Positions 40,070-53,840 of a stretch of 64,000 nucleotides of DNA are shown here, one piece after another. The DNA is from the human T2T-CHM13v2.0 reference genome, Homo sapiens. Each line of letters begins with the position of its first letter. The stretch's first letter is position 1. The notes beneath the pieces were generated by a model. The model had not been told where the DNA came from, ran no database searches, and saw only the letters and a list, made by a program, of their open reading frames with translations. The stretch lies in NCBI RefSeq assembly GCF_009914755.1, contig NC_060927.1, one strand, 5' to 3'. The position numbers and the translations under genes were made by a program.

Positions 40070-40639
40070 CTAAGATACAATTTGGAGCCTAATTTGATAC
40101 TTAAATGCAGCAACCAACTCAGCCCAGTGACCTCCACATTTATTCCCTGGCCCTTTTTTAAGTGGATTTTCCGTTTTTTTCTTTTACTCTTATGTTTTAT
40201 GTTTTTTAAACACTGAACACATAACCAGTTCTAGAAATAGGAAGCAATATCAATCTCAAGTAAATAATAATTCTAATGAACCTGACCTTCACATCAATTC
40301 TCATTGCAAATACCTAGTCGCCCCATAATAGTATAGTAAGTATAATTTAGAATTACTTTATTAGAAAGTTATACATATGTATTTTGAAGATTTTCATAAA
40401 CATTCACTCTCATTTCATACATATAAATATACCTTATATAAATATGTACATATAAAATAACCATTTTCTTATAGAATGTTATTTATAATGAATACCTCCA
40501 ACACTCCAACCTCTTTGCCTCTACTTTTTTACTTTGAGATCCTCAAACAGCTCATTAGCAAGATTCTTTGGATTTCCTAAGAATATCAGTGCTAGTACTC
40601 AGTTACTGCAAAGTTCAAATACAAAACTTTTCTGCTTAC

Positions 40640-40732
40640 CTAATTGTGTCTTGAGTGCATCTGAAATCTCAAACATTAGGGATGCAGGAAGTTTTACAGT
40701 AGTTTCATTAAGACCTGGAATAATAAGGTGGA
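40640..40732 (-). CDS. ABI3BP: W5, 93 nt, phase 1-1: (V)HLIIPGLNETTVKLPASLMFEISDALKTQL
   Basis: Acceptor tttccttgcag, donor TAG|gtaagc; sequon NET. Confidence 0.95.
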
Positions 40733-41300
40733 CTGCAAGGAAATAGATGTAAATAAGATAAGGGGAAGAAAGTGCATCATGACATAAAATGAAGCTCAGC
40801 ACATCAGATATTACAAACTATGAAGCATAGCACTTATTTTGCTTAGTAAATTTTAACCCAAACTTTAAAACATTGGAAAAAATATAACCATACATTCTAA
40901 ATAGAATATTTTTCATATTTAACCAAACTTCTAAAATCCTCTGGCTTTTAATCCACAGACTCAAAAATTGTATAATGGCTGCTTAAGATGTGTGGTGAAC
41001 AAAGATTATTATCAATAACAATGATTTTTAAAAAAGCAGTTCAGTCAACTCTGTGGGGCAGGTAGGACAGGTGCCATCATTCCCACTGCACATGTGCTAG
41101 AGCTATTTCTTTAACACACCATGATAAAGATAGCGTGGCTTGGCTCCTAGCCTGGAATGGACACGAGCCAGGATGCTAAACAGTGAAAGGAAGTGAACCA
41201 CATCAATTAAACAGAACTACTCACACTGCAAAACTCCAGAAAAGCCCTATCCTCAAAAGATAGCCCGATTTGCTTAATCTCGATTTCGAGATCCACTCAC

Positions 41301-41372
41301 CTAGTATCACTCCTCCCAGTGGAGCTTTTTCTGGGGATTTAGCTGAATCCTTGTGAGTAACATTCTGAATCA
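41301..41372 (-). CDS. ABI3BP: W4, 72 nt, phase 1-1: (V)IQNVTHKDSAKSPEKAPLGGVIL
   Basis: Acceptor gtatttcaacag, donor TAG|gtgagt; N-glycosylation sequon NVT. Confidence 0.95.
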
Positions 41373-42304
41373 CTGTTGAAATACAAAAAGACAGTGTGAG
41401 GGGGTGGGAAATAGGAGGCAGTAAGAAGCTAATAATGTGAAGCCATCTGCACTGGAAAAGCCTTGATCTAACTTTATTAATTAATACAAAGCAACTCAGT
41501 GGCCTGGCTATATAGCCAACAGAAGGATTGGAAGGCATACCTTACCTTAACACCTATGCCCTTAACTAATGAAAGGCTATTATTCTATTATAAGGTGTTC
41601 CATTCTAATTACTGGAAAATTTTCTTCCTAACCCTATTCCCTGAAGCTTTCCTTTTCCCCAAATCAATCAGTACTAGCACAAAATGAGGTGATGACCCAG
41701 CAATAAAAATTTAGAAAATTTATTTTCTCAAAGAGCCTTTGAGTAATATCAACACTAACTGATTCTGTTTTGAGAATACACTTGGGATGTTGTGTTTTCT
41801 GAAAATGAAGAACTATTTTTTTAAGGGCCCTGTCTCTTCTACCAAGAAACTTTCTGGAAATAATAGATTTTAATAATTTGAAAAACCAGAAGCCAAAACA
41901 AAAACAGTCAGATACTGACGTGAAGTGACATTATAATTCTGGAAACCTGGATATCTTTACTTTCCTTAAAGTGACCACTAAATCAGTGGGTTTCTTCGGG
42001 TATGACAACTTAATCTTGGGCAAAGCTCCACATATTTAACTTGTTTTAAAAAATTTAATACTTGTGATGGTTGCTTTGTCCTTAGTTGTCTGACCAGTGT
42101 GACCAGCCCAAAGCTTGGTGTATTGGTAAAAGAGCCAAAATTATCCATTAACTTCCAGTTTACTAGACCATTATATTTTCTTTGAACTTTTTCTCAAAAA
42201 AAAAATCAATTAAAAAATCGAGAAAATATGTGCCGTGTTTGATTACCTTAGCTAAAAGTATGTTAAAGATTGCTCTAAACACATTTCCAGAGCAGACAAA
42301 TTAC

Positions 42305-42353
42305 CTTGCTTGATGATTGTTATTGGGATTAGTTTCCTTGGGACATATGCTGG
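42305..42353 (-). CDS. ABI3BP: W3, 49 nt, phase 0-1: PAYVPRKLIPITIIKQ
   Basis: Acceptor cttctctttgcag, donor AAG|gtaatt; frame-compatible with neighbours. Confidence 0.95.
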
Positions 42354-42490
42354 CTGCAAAGAGAAGAAGAAAGTCAACTTTTGAGTCATTGTGAATAACT
42401 TTCTGTTCTTTAAAACGTTCGGAGAACTGGAAGTAGCCCTTTCTTGTCTTCAATGAAGTCTCCTGTGACACTGGTTTAATAGTTGCTGGT

Positions 42491-42786
<296 letters not shown>

Positions 42787-44689
42787 AGTTGCTGGTTAGA
42801 TTGTTAGTACATCCATCTGCCTCTACTTTATTGGATTCACTTGGTTTCCCTCATAAATATCCCAAGGTTTGACAGAAGCAATTTCTTCAGAACTCCCATT
42901 AGTTCACTTTACTTAGAAACTGCAATGGAAAGAAACCAAATCTTCTGTACTGAATATTAGTTTATTTTCATTACATTTGAGATATGACACCGCCAAATTG
43001 TTTTTACAGTCCCTCTCAAAAAGATGCTAAGCTACCTATTATCTTTGAAAACCAATCAAGATCAATTGTTTGAGTGTATCCAATTGCTGCTGCTGCTGCT
43101 GTTACTACAGATACCACAACTACCATGAGCTCCCAACGCCAAGCACTTATTGCTCAAGAAAGCACAGCAAGGACTCTGATCCAGATATTTCTTATTCCAC
43201 AGCCTGTACTTTCAACCATTCTGCACATGTTTATACACAAAGGACCTCAGAATCAGAAGGACATATCCCAGAGGACTCTGCTTCCTCTCCTCACCCAAAT
43301 TACCTCAGAAGTCCCACAAGAGGTTCTGACGTCATAAAGTAGCCTGACCTAGGGATGGGTGCAGACTTTAAAGCAGAGTCATTGCCAGACATAATCATGA
43401 GGCCAAGGATAAGACAGACTTAGAGGGACACAGGGTAGGTGAGGAGAAGGGCAGAAAATTATACACAGGAGAATTAGAGTTGAGTTGAAAGGGCAAGACT
43501 GATGTCCACTTTCTGATACTTGGTTTAGCCTGTATACATGAAACAGATATGGCATATACTAGACCTGTTGATCATCAAGGATGTGCTGAATATGAGCTGC
43601 TTACCAGATAGGTGTTTACATGATTACCAAATCCCTTACAAGGGCAAACACCTGGTAGTGAGCAAAACATACTTTGTGACATACTACCATTTTAATAAGC
43701 GATATCCCTCTGATAAAGAAGGGACAATATACCAGGCTTACTGTTAGCTATTTTCCTTATCATATTAAGGTTCTTATGTTTTAAAAAAATCACAACGAAT
43801 AAAAGTTTACTATTATCAGATTATTTTTTTAAAGGGGTGCCTGCATGCGTTGACTCAATGATTTCCTCCTTAGCAATCCGGCCTAAGGAATTAATCAAAG
43901 ACAGTGTTTATTATCATAACTTAAAATAAATTTATTATCCAAAAATAGAGGTTTTATTAAATGATAGTTCAAAAATTTGACTTGTATTTAATAAAATGGA
44001 AAAATGCAGAATATAAATAAGTACCAAGGATACAAATTTGCATCCACAGTATAACACAATTTTATAAATACATGTATAGAAAAGAGGCCAGAGGGAAATA
44101 AATCACTGTTTCCTTAAAACAGTATTTATTTCTTGTAAGCCAACATTCATTTTATTTTGTGCACCTTTCTATATTTGCCAAATTTCTGGTAAGGGCAAAT
44201 TACATTTATAAGCAGAAAAAGTTATTTTAATCAACAATCTGTTTAGCTACCACACATGCTTCTGTATTGCAACTTAGCTCATACACTATTGATAACTAGA
44301 GGAATGACGCAGATATAATTTAGACATGCTCTTTCTTGGCAACAGGAGGAAAATAGTAGGAAGATAAGTATAACTTTCAGTGGGGGATAAAAAATACCAA
44401 ACTCTCAGCTTTGCAGTTATATGGGCAGGAGGATCCCTTTTGGCTTTATTATAAAACTATTACACGTGAGCACTTGCACAGAGATCCTTCCCCAGGGGAG
44501 AAAAGTTAGGCCCACCCTTGGCACTCTGCACTCACTCACGAGCCCACCTTAAGAGAAGCCCCACCAGCTTCTCCACCTGTGCTGTCTAGTTCTCACCTGC
44601 CCTGCTCCAGCAAAAGCGTTGCTGGCATATAGCCTCTAACTCCTGTGAGAATTTTTATTTGTTCATGTTAAAACAACTTTTATTTTTTG

Positions 44690-45050
44690 CTATTTTTAAA
44701 ATCATTTCTTTCTTCATAATTGTATCTATTTCTGGGGTACGATGTGATGTTTTCATCTAAGTGCACAATGCGGGATGATTAAACCAAGCTAATTACCATA
44801 TCCACCTCCTCACTTACCTGTCATTTTTTTGTGGCAAGGCATTTGAAATTTATCTTCAGCAATTTTGAACTATACATTAATAGTAACTACGGTCACACTG
44901 CTGTGCGATAGCACTCTAAAGCTTACTCCTCCTGCCTAACTGAAACTTCCTACCCTTTGTCAATATCTCCTCACTGCCCCCTTGCCCCTCACCCCCTGGT
45001 AACCACCATTCTACTCTCTGCTTCTATGTGTTTGACACTTCTGAGACTTT
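44690..45050 (-). mobile_element. L1MA-like 3' end fragment
   Basis: ggggtacgatgtgatgtttt...ccctggtaaccaccattctactctctgcttctatg. Confidence 0.8.
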
Positions 45051-48000
45051 TAAGTGCTTGGCATGGCAACCTTCAACTACATGGGAGCTGCCAGGCAAGA
45101 GAACCACATTATTTTTCTAGGTACCAATAATCATTTTTGTTCAGGCTGTGGCTGCAGCTGCAGAGGCTTTTGAATGGCCTGTCCTCTATTTGCCCTACAT
45201 CTCCTGTCACTTAGTGCACATTTTGTACTTAGCGCACGTTTTGTTGAATGCGAAGTCTTTCCAAGATACTTAACACATTAGAGCAGAAAAGCCTACATGT
45301 TGCTGTGCTGCTGAATTGCATTATACCAGTTTAATTTTCCTTGTTGTAATGATTTGTTTCAAACAAACCATTTTTTGACAAGGACAAATGGAAAATATTC
45401 TGCTCTTCACATGAATGGAACAAAGTTTCTGTTCTGAGTTCTGACTCCAGTACAGACCAGTGTCCAGTTACAGACCAGTGTCCAGTTAAAGTGACAAGAA
45501 CATATGTACAATATGTGCTGCCAAAAATTAAAAAATCATTTAGCTGAAGAATGCAATTTTTTTTCTAGGCCTAGAAATGCTCTCCTGCTTAATCCACAAT
45601 CCAAAGATGCATAAGGACTCTACTAATGAGCAAATAGCTGCGTCTCTACAGGTAGGTTTTTAAAGGGCATCAGGAAAGTCCTGTGGCTCAATATGTCTCT
45701 GCCAACACCTCTACAATTTCCATTCAGAAATTCACAATGTGAATCCTCTCCTATGTCTTATCAAATAAAAGGGCAGGGAAAAGTTTGTTAACCAGACTCA
45801 CTGCAAAATGAAGTACTGTGATAATTTCCAAGATACAGTGTTTAACCAATTACAATCCAATCTTAATAGAACTGTTTTACGTACAATGTTTTAAAAAAAC
45901 ATTTCCTTGCTGACCTTTCCTTACTTTTTCTAGGCTTGTTATTACGAACAGCTATTAATGTACATCAGAGTCACAGATGTAGACAGTGTGGGGCCTGGAA
46001 ATGGGAAGGAGGCAGTGACAGCCCCGCAGGCTCCCACACTGTTTTGGCTGGTGTGGCCTCAGCACAATACTGCTGTCCTCAGACACCACTCTGGCAGCGA
46101 TTTTCCTTCTTAGTCATTCCCTTGCTGGCTCTCTTTTCCCTACAGCTTGCCGATTCCCCCATTCTTGCTGCAAACCTCTACCGCTTCTTCCTTCCGTAGT
46201 TCTTGTCTTTCAATGTTTACTAAATGGCAGGAAGTAAGCATATTTCTTTCTTGTCCTATAATAGATTTTTTTCTTCTTCATTTCCAGATATCCTGTCCAT
46301 TACAAACCCAGGTTGGGCTATGCCTTGAGCAGAAGTCTGGTTAAGATCGTTTATTTTTACTGATTTTCTGGGACACTGTGGCGAAGCATGCAGTTGGTGA
46401 CACTCAATAAGGAGAGACTACTAGAGTCTAAAGGGTGATGCCCCGGAGACAAATGCAGCATGCTTTCTTGCCATGGCTAGGAAAGCATATGCTTCTTTAG
46501 AAATACCCACAGTAGCAGCAGCAGATGCTGCTACCACCACACATGACAAGGAACTTGCGTCTCACCCTGCATTACACTAACTTCCTCCTGATAGTATATT
46601 GAAAATTAGCTGTAATAAAGTTAGTGATAACTAAGGATGTTATTTTTTGTAGGTTTGTCCATTTGACATTTTTGTGGCATCAGAATATTAGTATTGTAGG
46701 TTTAACATTATTTTCAGGCCCCGAGATAAAGAGGAGCTGTCCATTTGGGTAGTGGTTAAAACAGTGGCTCAAAGTCAAATTTCAATGACTCAAGAGTCAA
46801 ACCACATGAGAACTTGGGCATATTAGATTCTGGTTTTAATTCACTTTTAGGATGTTCTAATGAAAGTTACAAAACATACTGACTCAATCTAACATCTGGC
46901 TAAAAGTCAATCTAACGTCCTACTTTCAAAAGGCTTCAAATTTCTGGTCAACTTAACCTTTGATGATGTATTAATAGTTTGCCTACACAGAAATTTTTCA
47001 AGTGTCTGCTTGAGACAAGGATTGCTAAGAATGGAAGGATGCCTGATACATTCACTGTACACAGTCATAAAGTGTGGGTGGGGACCATAAAGGTAATCTC
47101 TCTTCACATCAATCATTTGATAATTGTTACATTTTAACAAGTGGTACCACTTCTCTTTTTGATGATAGTAACTGTGGATTTCTTAAAATATGGGTGGATC
47201 TCTGATGGAAAATAAAAAAGATAAAAATAGATGTCATATTTTTGGAGAACACTGATTCTAGGAAGATTTAGATTAAATAATTAAATTTGCTTTCAAAAAT
47301 CTGTTAATAAGTGCTACATACTTCAAATATTGATTTTGTTTAGCTAGTTAAGTAATACATTTTTTCAAAATATAGAAAATGTATGAAAATATTAGCCATC
47401 ATTCTTTATTTTTTAAAATAATAAAACCTAATAGTAAACATTAGGTTTTACCTTCAAAAAAAAGAGTGTCCTAGATTCTCTAAATGGAAAAAAAAAAGCA
47501 CAAGCATCATGATAAATGTATCTTTTTCTTCCTCAATCATATGGATCTCAAGTGATTTATTTTATATAGAAAGAATCACAGTTTTGTTTCTGCATATGCC
47601 CTTTCTCTGATTTTTCTAGAGGTATAGGTAGGAGCAATATTGAAAACATTTAACAATTGGTAGAACAAAGGTACTAGCCAACCAGAAGAGATTCCCTGCT
47701 ATATGTTCTGGGCACAATTGCACTGGGGCTTGCCTGTCAGCAGAACACATATCTAGATATATGAATTACAATATATAGTGTAACCAGAAGGGTAGGATGG
47801 GCTGTATTTTGTATTCAAATTTTTGACCTAAAATTTATTTATCTGTAAAATGGACAGCCTACAGTTCAAGTTGTTTTTTTCCATTCCGAATACCTCTTAT
47901 TGGAAGGTGTTCAAGAGTTTTTGCTGCTTCTAAGGTTTCAGGTGTAAGCATGTTCATATGAATAAAAAAAGTTTTCAATGTGTCTTTTTGCTTGAAATCC

Positions 48001-48949
48001 AAAAAGCAAAACATGTGAAATTAATTTCATATCTCTTGAAGTATTGCCTTCTAAGATAGGTCTCAGAGAAGAGATGGGTGAATAATTGGGTATACACTTC
48101 TTTGGACTAAAATATACCTCCAAAGTATCAAACCACTTTTCAGAATCAATTGTATGTGGTCACATAACATGGTCAAAGTTATCCCATGCAGTTCTGTTAC
48201 TACTTCCCCATGTTCCACAGCTACCTGAGAGCAGAGATGTAAGTTCATATATATATAATATATATATATATATTTTTTTTGCTGTCCAGAAGGAAACAAT
48301 AAACCTTCTCAAAGAAGGCTTAAAATATCTTTTTAATGAATTTGGTTTTTCCTTTGGAAATAACAAAGAGTTTTAAACTCATCAGAGCTGGCTGGAGTCA
48401 GGATACTCCACCTCACAGCTTGAAGTGATAAAATGCCTGGCTCTGTGTCATGCATGCAGGAAGTTGCTTCCTAGCCCTTCCTATCATGGCTGCTTATATT
48501 GAGGGGGAAAAAAATTAAATTCCCTGAGAGTAAAACGTCAATCATCTTTCCCAATCTTGCTGAGTAACTCATCCTAAATGAAATATCCTGCCAAGACAAA
48601 TACAAATTACTGGGATATGATAGCTGAAAAGAGGGAATGAAAGAAATGATATCATGGAGTCACATGAAAGGTTAAGCATGACAGCCAAGAGGGTAGGAGA
48701 CAATGTATGCTTCCTAGGAAACCATTCACAACAAAGAATGAGGATTTTTCTAGAAGAGGATGAAAGAGCAATTCTATCCCACTGTTTTGCCTGTGAGGTA
48801 CAGCAGATCTACGTTTCCTATACAATGTTGACTGGATTTAAGAGACAAAGATGAAGGGAACTTAGGGAGAGGCACAATTCAATACATAAATACACAGTAC
48901 TAAGCCAATTGGTTATTTGGGGGAAAAATACATAGCCTAATCAATATAG

Positions 48950-49930
48950 AACCTTACTATATACCATAGTTAAATAAAATTCACAGAATTATTATAAAAT
49001 CAAACCACTTATAAAACTAAAAGAAAGGAAAGAAATATCTGCTCTCTGGAGAGGGAGGGCCTTTCTAAAATATAATGCAATTGAGATATCACAATGGAAA
49101 AATCTAATAATTTGGTTAAGGAAATTTCATGAGTTGTCTATTTCAAAAATGTCTATGAGCAAACTTAAGCTATAACAAATGTGAGAAAAATATTTCTAGA
49201 TAGTATCATCAACAGGTCAATGTTTCTTTAGTGTATACAGTCTTAGACTATATAGTTCTAAAAAGAACCCATGAAACGCCCAACAAACAAAGAACTGCAA
49301 GAGAATGTCATTAAATGGAAAATACAACTGGCTAATAAGTGAAGAAACTACTGCTTTATCAGCAATCAGAGAAATAAAAATTAAGATAACAATTATAAGC
49401 TATTACATTAGCCAACAATTTAGCGATGAAAATATATAAAGTTGACAATCAGGGTACTATAGCAACATAAACTGATACATTGCTGGCGAGTTTATAAATT
49501 AGTACCACTTTTCGGGAAAGAAATCTGACCATAGTATTAGGAAGGCTTAAAAATGTTAAAACTCTAAACTGTTAATTCCTCTTCTAAGTATCTATTTTAA
49601 GGAAATGATTAGCATTGTGAACAAAGCTTTATCACAAGTGTTCATAAACCTATCATAAGTGTTCACTATAACATCACCCACAATTTAAAAACAATTAGAA
49701 GTAACTTAAATGCCTACAAATTGGAAACTTATAATCATGCACTTAGATCATACAGTACACAGCAATTAAAATTATGTTTATGAAGAGCATTTGATGATAA
49801 GAAATATGTTCATAACATTTTGACCAAGTGAAAACAGCAAGATAGAAAATTGCAAATATAGTATGATTTTAATTTGTAATGAAAACATGTTTAGAAAACA
49901 AAAGATGTTCTAAAGTTTTACCAGACTATT
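48950..49930 (+). mobile_element. Ancient L1 (L1ME-like) fragment
   Basis: Degenerate L1 ORF2-end motifs (tacattgctgg...tataaattagtaccactttt.ggaaag); boundaries approximate. Confidence 0.6.
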
Positions 49931-50621
49931 AATGGTTTTATACTACCCTTATAAGTAGTTTTGTTATAGGTAACCTTGTTAATGCTTCTTTTCCCACTTA
50001 ACATTCTAAATATTTAAGTATTAGACAATTAGAAAAGCAGCAAAACCTAAAAACAAAAAACCAACCAAACAGACAAGTTAAAAAAAAGAGAGCGAGAAAA
50101 AAAAACAGGCCTAGGAATTTACCTGCAATCTCTTTTTTGTATTTATATCTGAAATACATTGAAATATTTTCCTAGAAATTGTAACAACCTCATAATTACT
50201 ATTTGATAATAATTTCACAATGAACACACTTTTCTGCCATTTCAAACCACATGAACAACATTTGCCTTAGGCAGATTAATTTTTAGTCAGTTCTACTTTA
50301 TCTAAGACTATTTTCTGTTACCAAAACTAATCTTCCTTTTTTTGTTTTTAATCCCAGTGAAGTATATACTACTATTTTTTTTCCAGACTGGGCCACATGA
50401 TCCATGGGGCTATTCTGCGGACTCCTTAATTAGACATAAAAAGATGTTCAGCCACACACCTCAAGCACACATCTCAGAGAGCAAAATTCCACCCACAATA
50501 GTCTTTGCACGTTCATTTGACTGTAGGATACTTCCAACATCTAGGGACCAAAGACAGCACCAAATTCCCTTCTTCTCACCGAACTGCCTCCTCTGTCTGC
50601 CCAGTAATATAATGTCCTTTG

Positions 50622-50666
50622 TTACTCTTAATGGCAAAAGCTGCAATTATTTTGGCACCAAACTAA
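50622..50666. mobile_element. Half MADE1 (single Hsmar1 TIR)
   Basis: ttactcttaatggcaaaagctgcaattattttggcaccaaactaa. Confidence 0.75.
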
Positions 50667-51356
50667 ATACTGGGTATGAGATTTGAAATGCGAACATGTC
50701 TGTGGTGGCTCTAACAGTGACTTACAGTCATCCCAGGTGGGGTGGTATATACTAGACATGATGCTTCCTGAGAATAGATTTTGAAAAGTGGAAGGAAAGA
50801 GAGCATGAGAAAACCGAGTGGCTGAAGTGACAGAGAAAAGGATGTTTTTAGATTCATGGGGAAATGCCTGATTCATAAAACGCAAACATTGTCTGAACTG
50901 AACAGAGACTGGGCATTTTACAAAATCAAACTGGTTGCTCCATTGTTGTGAAAAAGACTGGCTCTTTTAAGTAGGGTATGATAGAAAATAGAAAGGAAAG
51001 GTTTGAGCTGTAGCAATGTACATAAATCATGTATCAATTTGCTCTTGAAACATTATATTAAAAAGCAATAGACAGAAGATAATATGTATAACCTTGAAAT
51101 ACCCAGAATACTAAAATATTAGAATAAGCTACATTGAATCTTAGAATTTTAGAACTTCAAACAAATCAGAGATGATTTGAAATCATGCTTTTACTTAGTA
51201 TTAAGAAAAAGAAACTAATTCCTAAAACTAAGTACTTTCTCCACTGTTTCATAGCTAGTCAGTTAATCTAATTTCAGTATCTTATAATAAGACTATTTCC
51301 TTAACAATGCAGATACAATTTTTTAAAAACATTCTTGAAAATAAACTGTTACATAC

Positions 51357-51409
51357 CACTGTGTGGTCTTGGTCATAGGTACTTTGGATTTTCCCATTTA
51401 CTTTTTTAC
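51357..51409 (-). CDS. ABI3BP: W2, 53 nt, phase 1-0: (S)KKVNGKIQSTYDQDHTV
   Basis: Acceptor tgtttcatcag, donor GTG|gtatgt; frame continues from W1. Confidence 0.95.
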
Positions 51410-51962
51410 CTGATGAAACAAGGGAAAAATAACATTATTTTTATTCTCCTTGCTCCTAAATCAACTCTAGCTAATCATTATGAAGACAACTACAACTCAT
51501 CCTCTAACTTGGATGTATAATTTTAATCACTATCATTTTAAACACTGATGCCAATGAAGTTTTAATGACGGGATGACTGGAAGAAAGCTCAAGGTTCCCG
51601 AAAGTCTTTTTATGGGCATCTCTACTGGTCTAGCTTTCCATTCTGAACATTGGTACATGTTATGGTTTTTCTGCTCCTGTTGGTGTTCGCAGGTAGGGAT
51701 TGATTTTAAACTGCTATAATACAATAGACAACGACATCAATGGAGGCATCAAATATTTATTATTTATTTTAAAAATCACTTATAACTAAAGATTCTGAAA
51801 TATCAATGCTCAATATATCTTCTTTGCTTCTATATTTTCATAAATACTAGACCTTAGGAATTAGCTTATTTCATATTATACAATGAATAACATAATTAAA
51901 AATTAGGTAACTAAGAAAAAAATTATAAAAGCTTACTGAAACAAACATTTCTAGGTACTTAC

Positions 51963-52144
51963 TTCCAACAACAGTCTTGTGATTGAAAATCTTACTCCAA
52001 ATTCCACCTTCCACATTGTCTTTCACTCCAAATTCATAAACTGTGTTGGGCTTTAGGTTTTCCACAATTGTTTCAGTGGCTGGACAGATTTGAAAAATCC
52101 ACTTCTTTTCTTTATCCTTTTCTCGATAGCGAATTGTATAAAAT
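51963..52144 (-). CDS. ABI3BP: W1, 182 nt, phase 2-1: FN3 domain part (R)FYTIRYREKDKEKKWIFQICPATETIVENLKPNTVYEFGVKDNVEGGIWSKIFNHKTVVG
   Basis: Acceptor ttattcaacag, donor GAA|gtaagt; FN3 signature L-K-P-N-T-x-Y-E-F-x-V; overlaps ORF-track 51871..52065. Confidence 0.97.
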
Positions 52145-53679
52145 CTGTTGAATAACCAGAATATAATGCTTTAAAATCACAGGGGGATTCAGAATGTTAT
52201 TTCAAATTTCTTACTTCATCACAGATTTCAACCAACTTGGGATACTATTTAATATTGGCTTCTCTTCCGATTTTTAAAAAATTTGCAGAGAACATGAAAA
52301 AAATAAGCTCAACGTGTGCTTAGGTTTTTAATTTCTCATTGCAAGTTGGAGTCTTTGCAGCAGCACAGTTTTGGCCCAATGGAATTCCAGAATTCTCGTT
52401 CTATTATTTGCTGCTTTGCAAGATGAAAGTTGGAAAACACTAGAAAAAACGTAGATATTACACTATGTATAATATTCTATTATACATAGAGTAGAACATA
52501 GGTGCCATTTTATAATTATTATGGTAGTTTCATAGTTGTATGAGTTTAAGCTTTTTCATCCATGAAGGATATGTTAGAGGTAATATCATTCAATTTTGTA
52601 AAAAAAAGAACCTAAGACTAAGATGTATTCAGTACTGCATTTTAAGGTTGAGCTGTTTTTATTATTAAAAAGAAGACCAATAGCCAAGTTAAGAGTCAAA
52701 TAAAAAAAGTTAATGCCAATTCAATATCACTGTTATGTATTTACTTAGGCCTTCATAATATTCATATATACATAAATATACACATATATATGTGTAAAAT
52801 AATCCTTATCACTATTTTTTGAACCTAGGTTTTACATATATTACCTGGTTTAATTGTCATGAAAACATCTTAGCTGGTAGAAATTATTAATCTCATTTTA
52901 CAAATGTGAAAATGGAGTTTCAGAACATTCACTTAACTTGCCCAATATCACCCAGCTACTGACTTTTACCAGTGGCGGTGGCAGAATCGAAATACAAAGA
53001 CAGACTCCTCTGGCTCTACTTTAAACAGCCGCTGTAAGTGGGGCAGCAGATCAAGTACAGTATACTACTATATACAGTAATGAGAGTGAATGGGAGAACT
53101 ACATGTATCAATGTGGATAGATTTTAGAAACAAAATATCAAATAAAAACAAATTACAGATTGGTGCATATAGTTTCCTATCATTTACATAAATATTCAGA
53201 CGTATGAAATATGTTACCAAATATTATTCCTGGCACTGTAAAGGGATAACAAATACTGAAAGGATACAACATTTCTGATAGTGCTTTAACTCCCAGTGAG
53301 CAGGTGATGAGAAAAATAGGATTTGAGATGGGGTCAATAGGTAAACTTCATCTGCTTTTTATTTTTAATTAAACACTGAATTAATAGAATGAAATAGTAG
53401 CTGCCATGTTATGATGATGGAAACATACGCATTGGGTAAACTATTTTTGGGTCTTTTTTATATCTTAACATTTTCCTCAAAAGGTTAGTACCTTTCCTCC
53501 ACTCCTTACATCAGCAAAATTAAATGGAGTAAGATTAAGGTTACTTGCTTTTATTTAAAGCTTTAAAAAATCAGGAATTTTGCTCATTCTGAAAACATTT
53601 ATTGAGCATTCTCTAAGTGTCAAGCCTAAGCTCTTGGTGATGCAAAACAATCCCAGTATCTAGAGATGAGTATCAAAAC

Positions 53680-53840
53680 TGGCTACGTAATTTGTGGGGC
53701 TCAATAAGAAATGAACACGTAGACTCTGTTCAAAAGTTATTAGGAATCTTAAGACAGTGACAGCAGAGCATTAAACCAAATTTGGGCTCTTCTAAGTTGG
53801 GGGTCTGGTGCACAGGTAGTATGCCCATGAAGTCAGCAGG
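53680..53840. mobile_element. MER45-like DNA element
   Basis: ggctacgtaatttgtggggc...tgttcaaaag...gacagcagagcattaaaccaa...gcccatgaag. Confidence 0.65.

Noticed and set aside
43070-43342. Overlapping + strand ORFs with poly-Ala/poly-Cys and Thr-rich starts
   Set aside because: Driven by a short (TGC)n repeat; non-ATG starts; wrong strand for the exon array.
45446-45488. Short tandem duplication tccagt(t)acagaccagtg
   Set aside because: About two copies of an ~18-mer deep in an intron; ordinary slippage.
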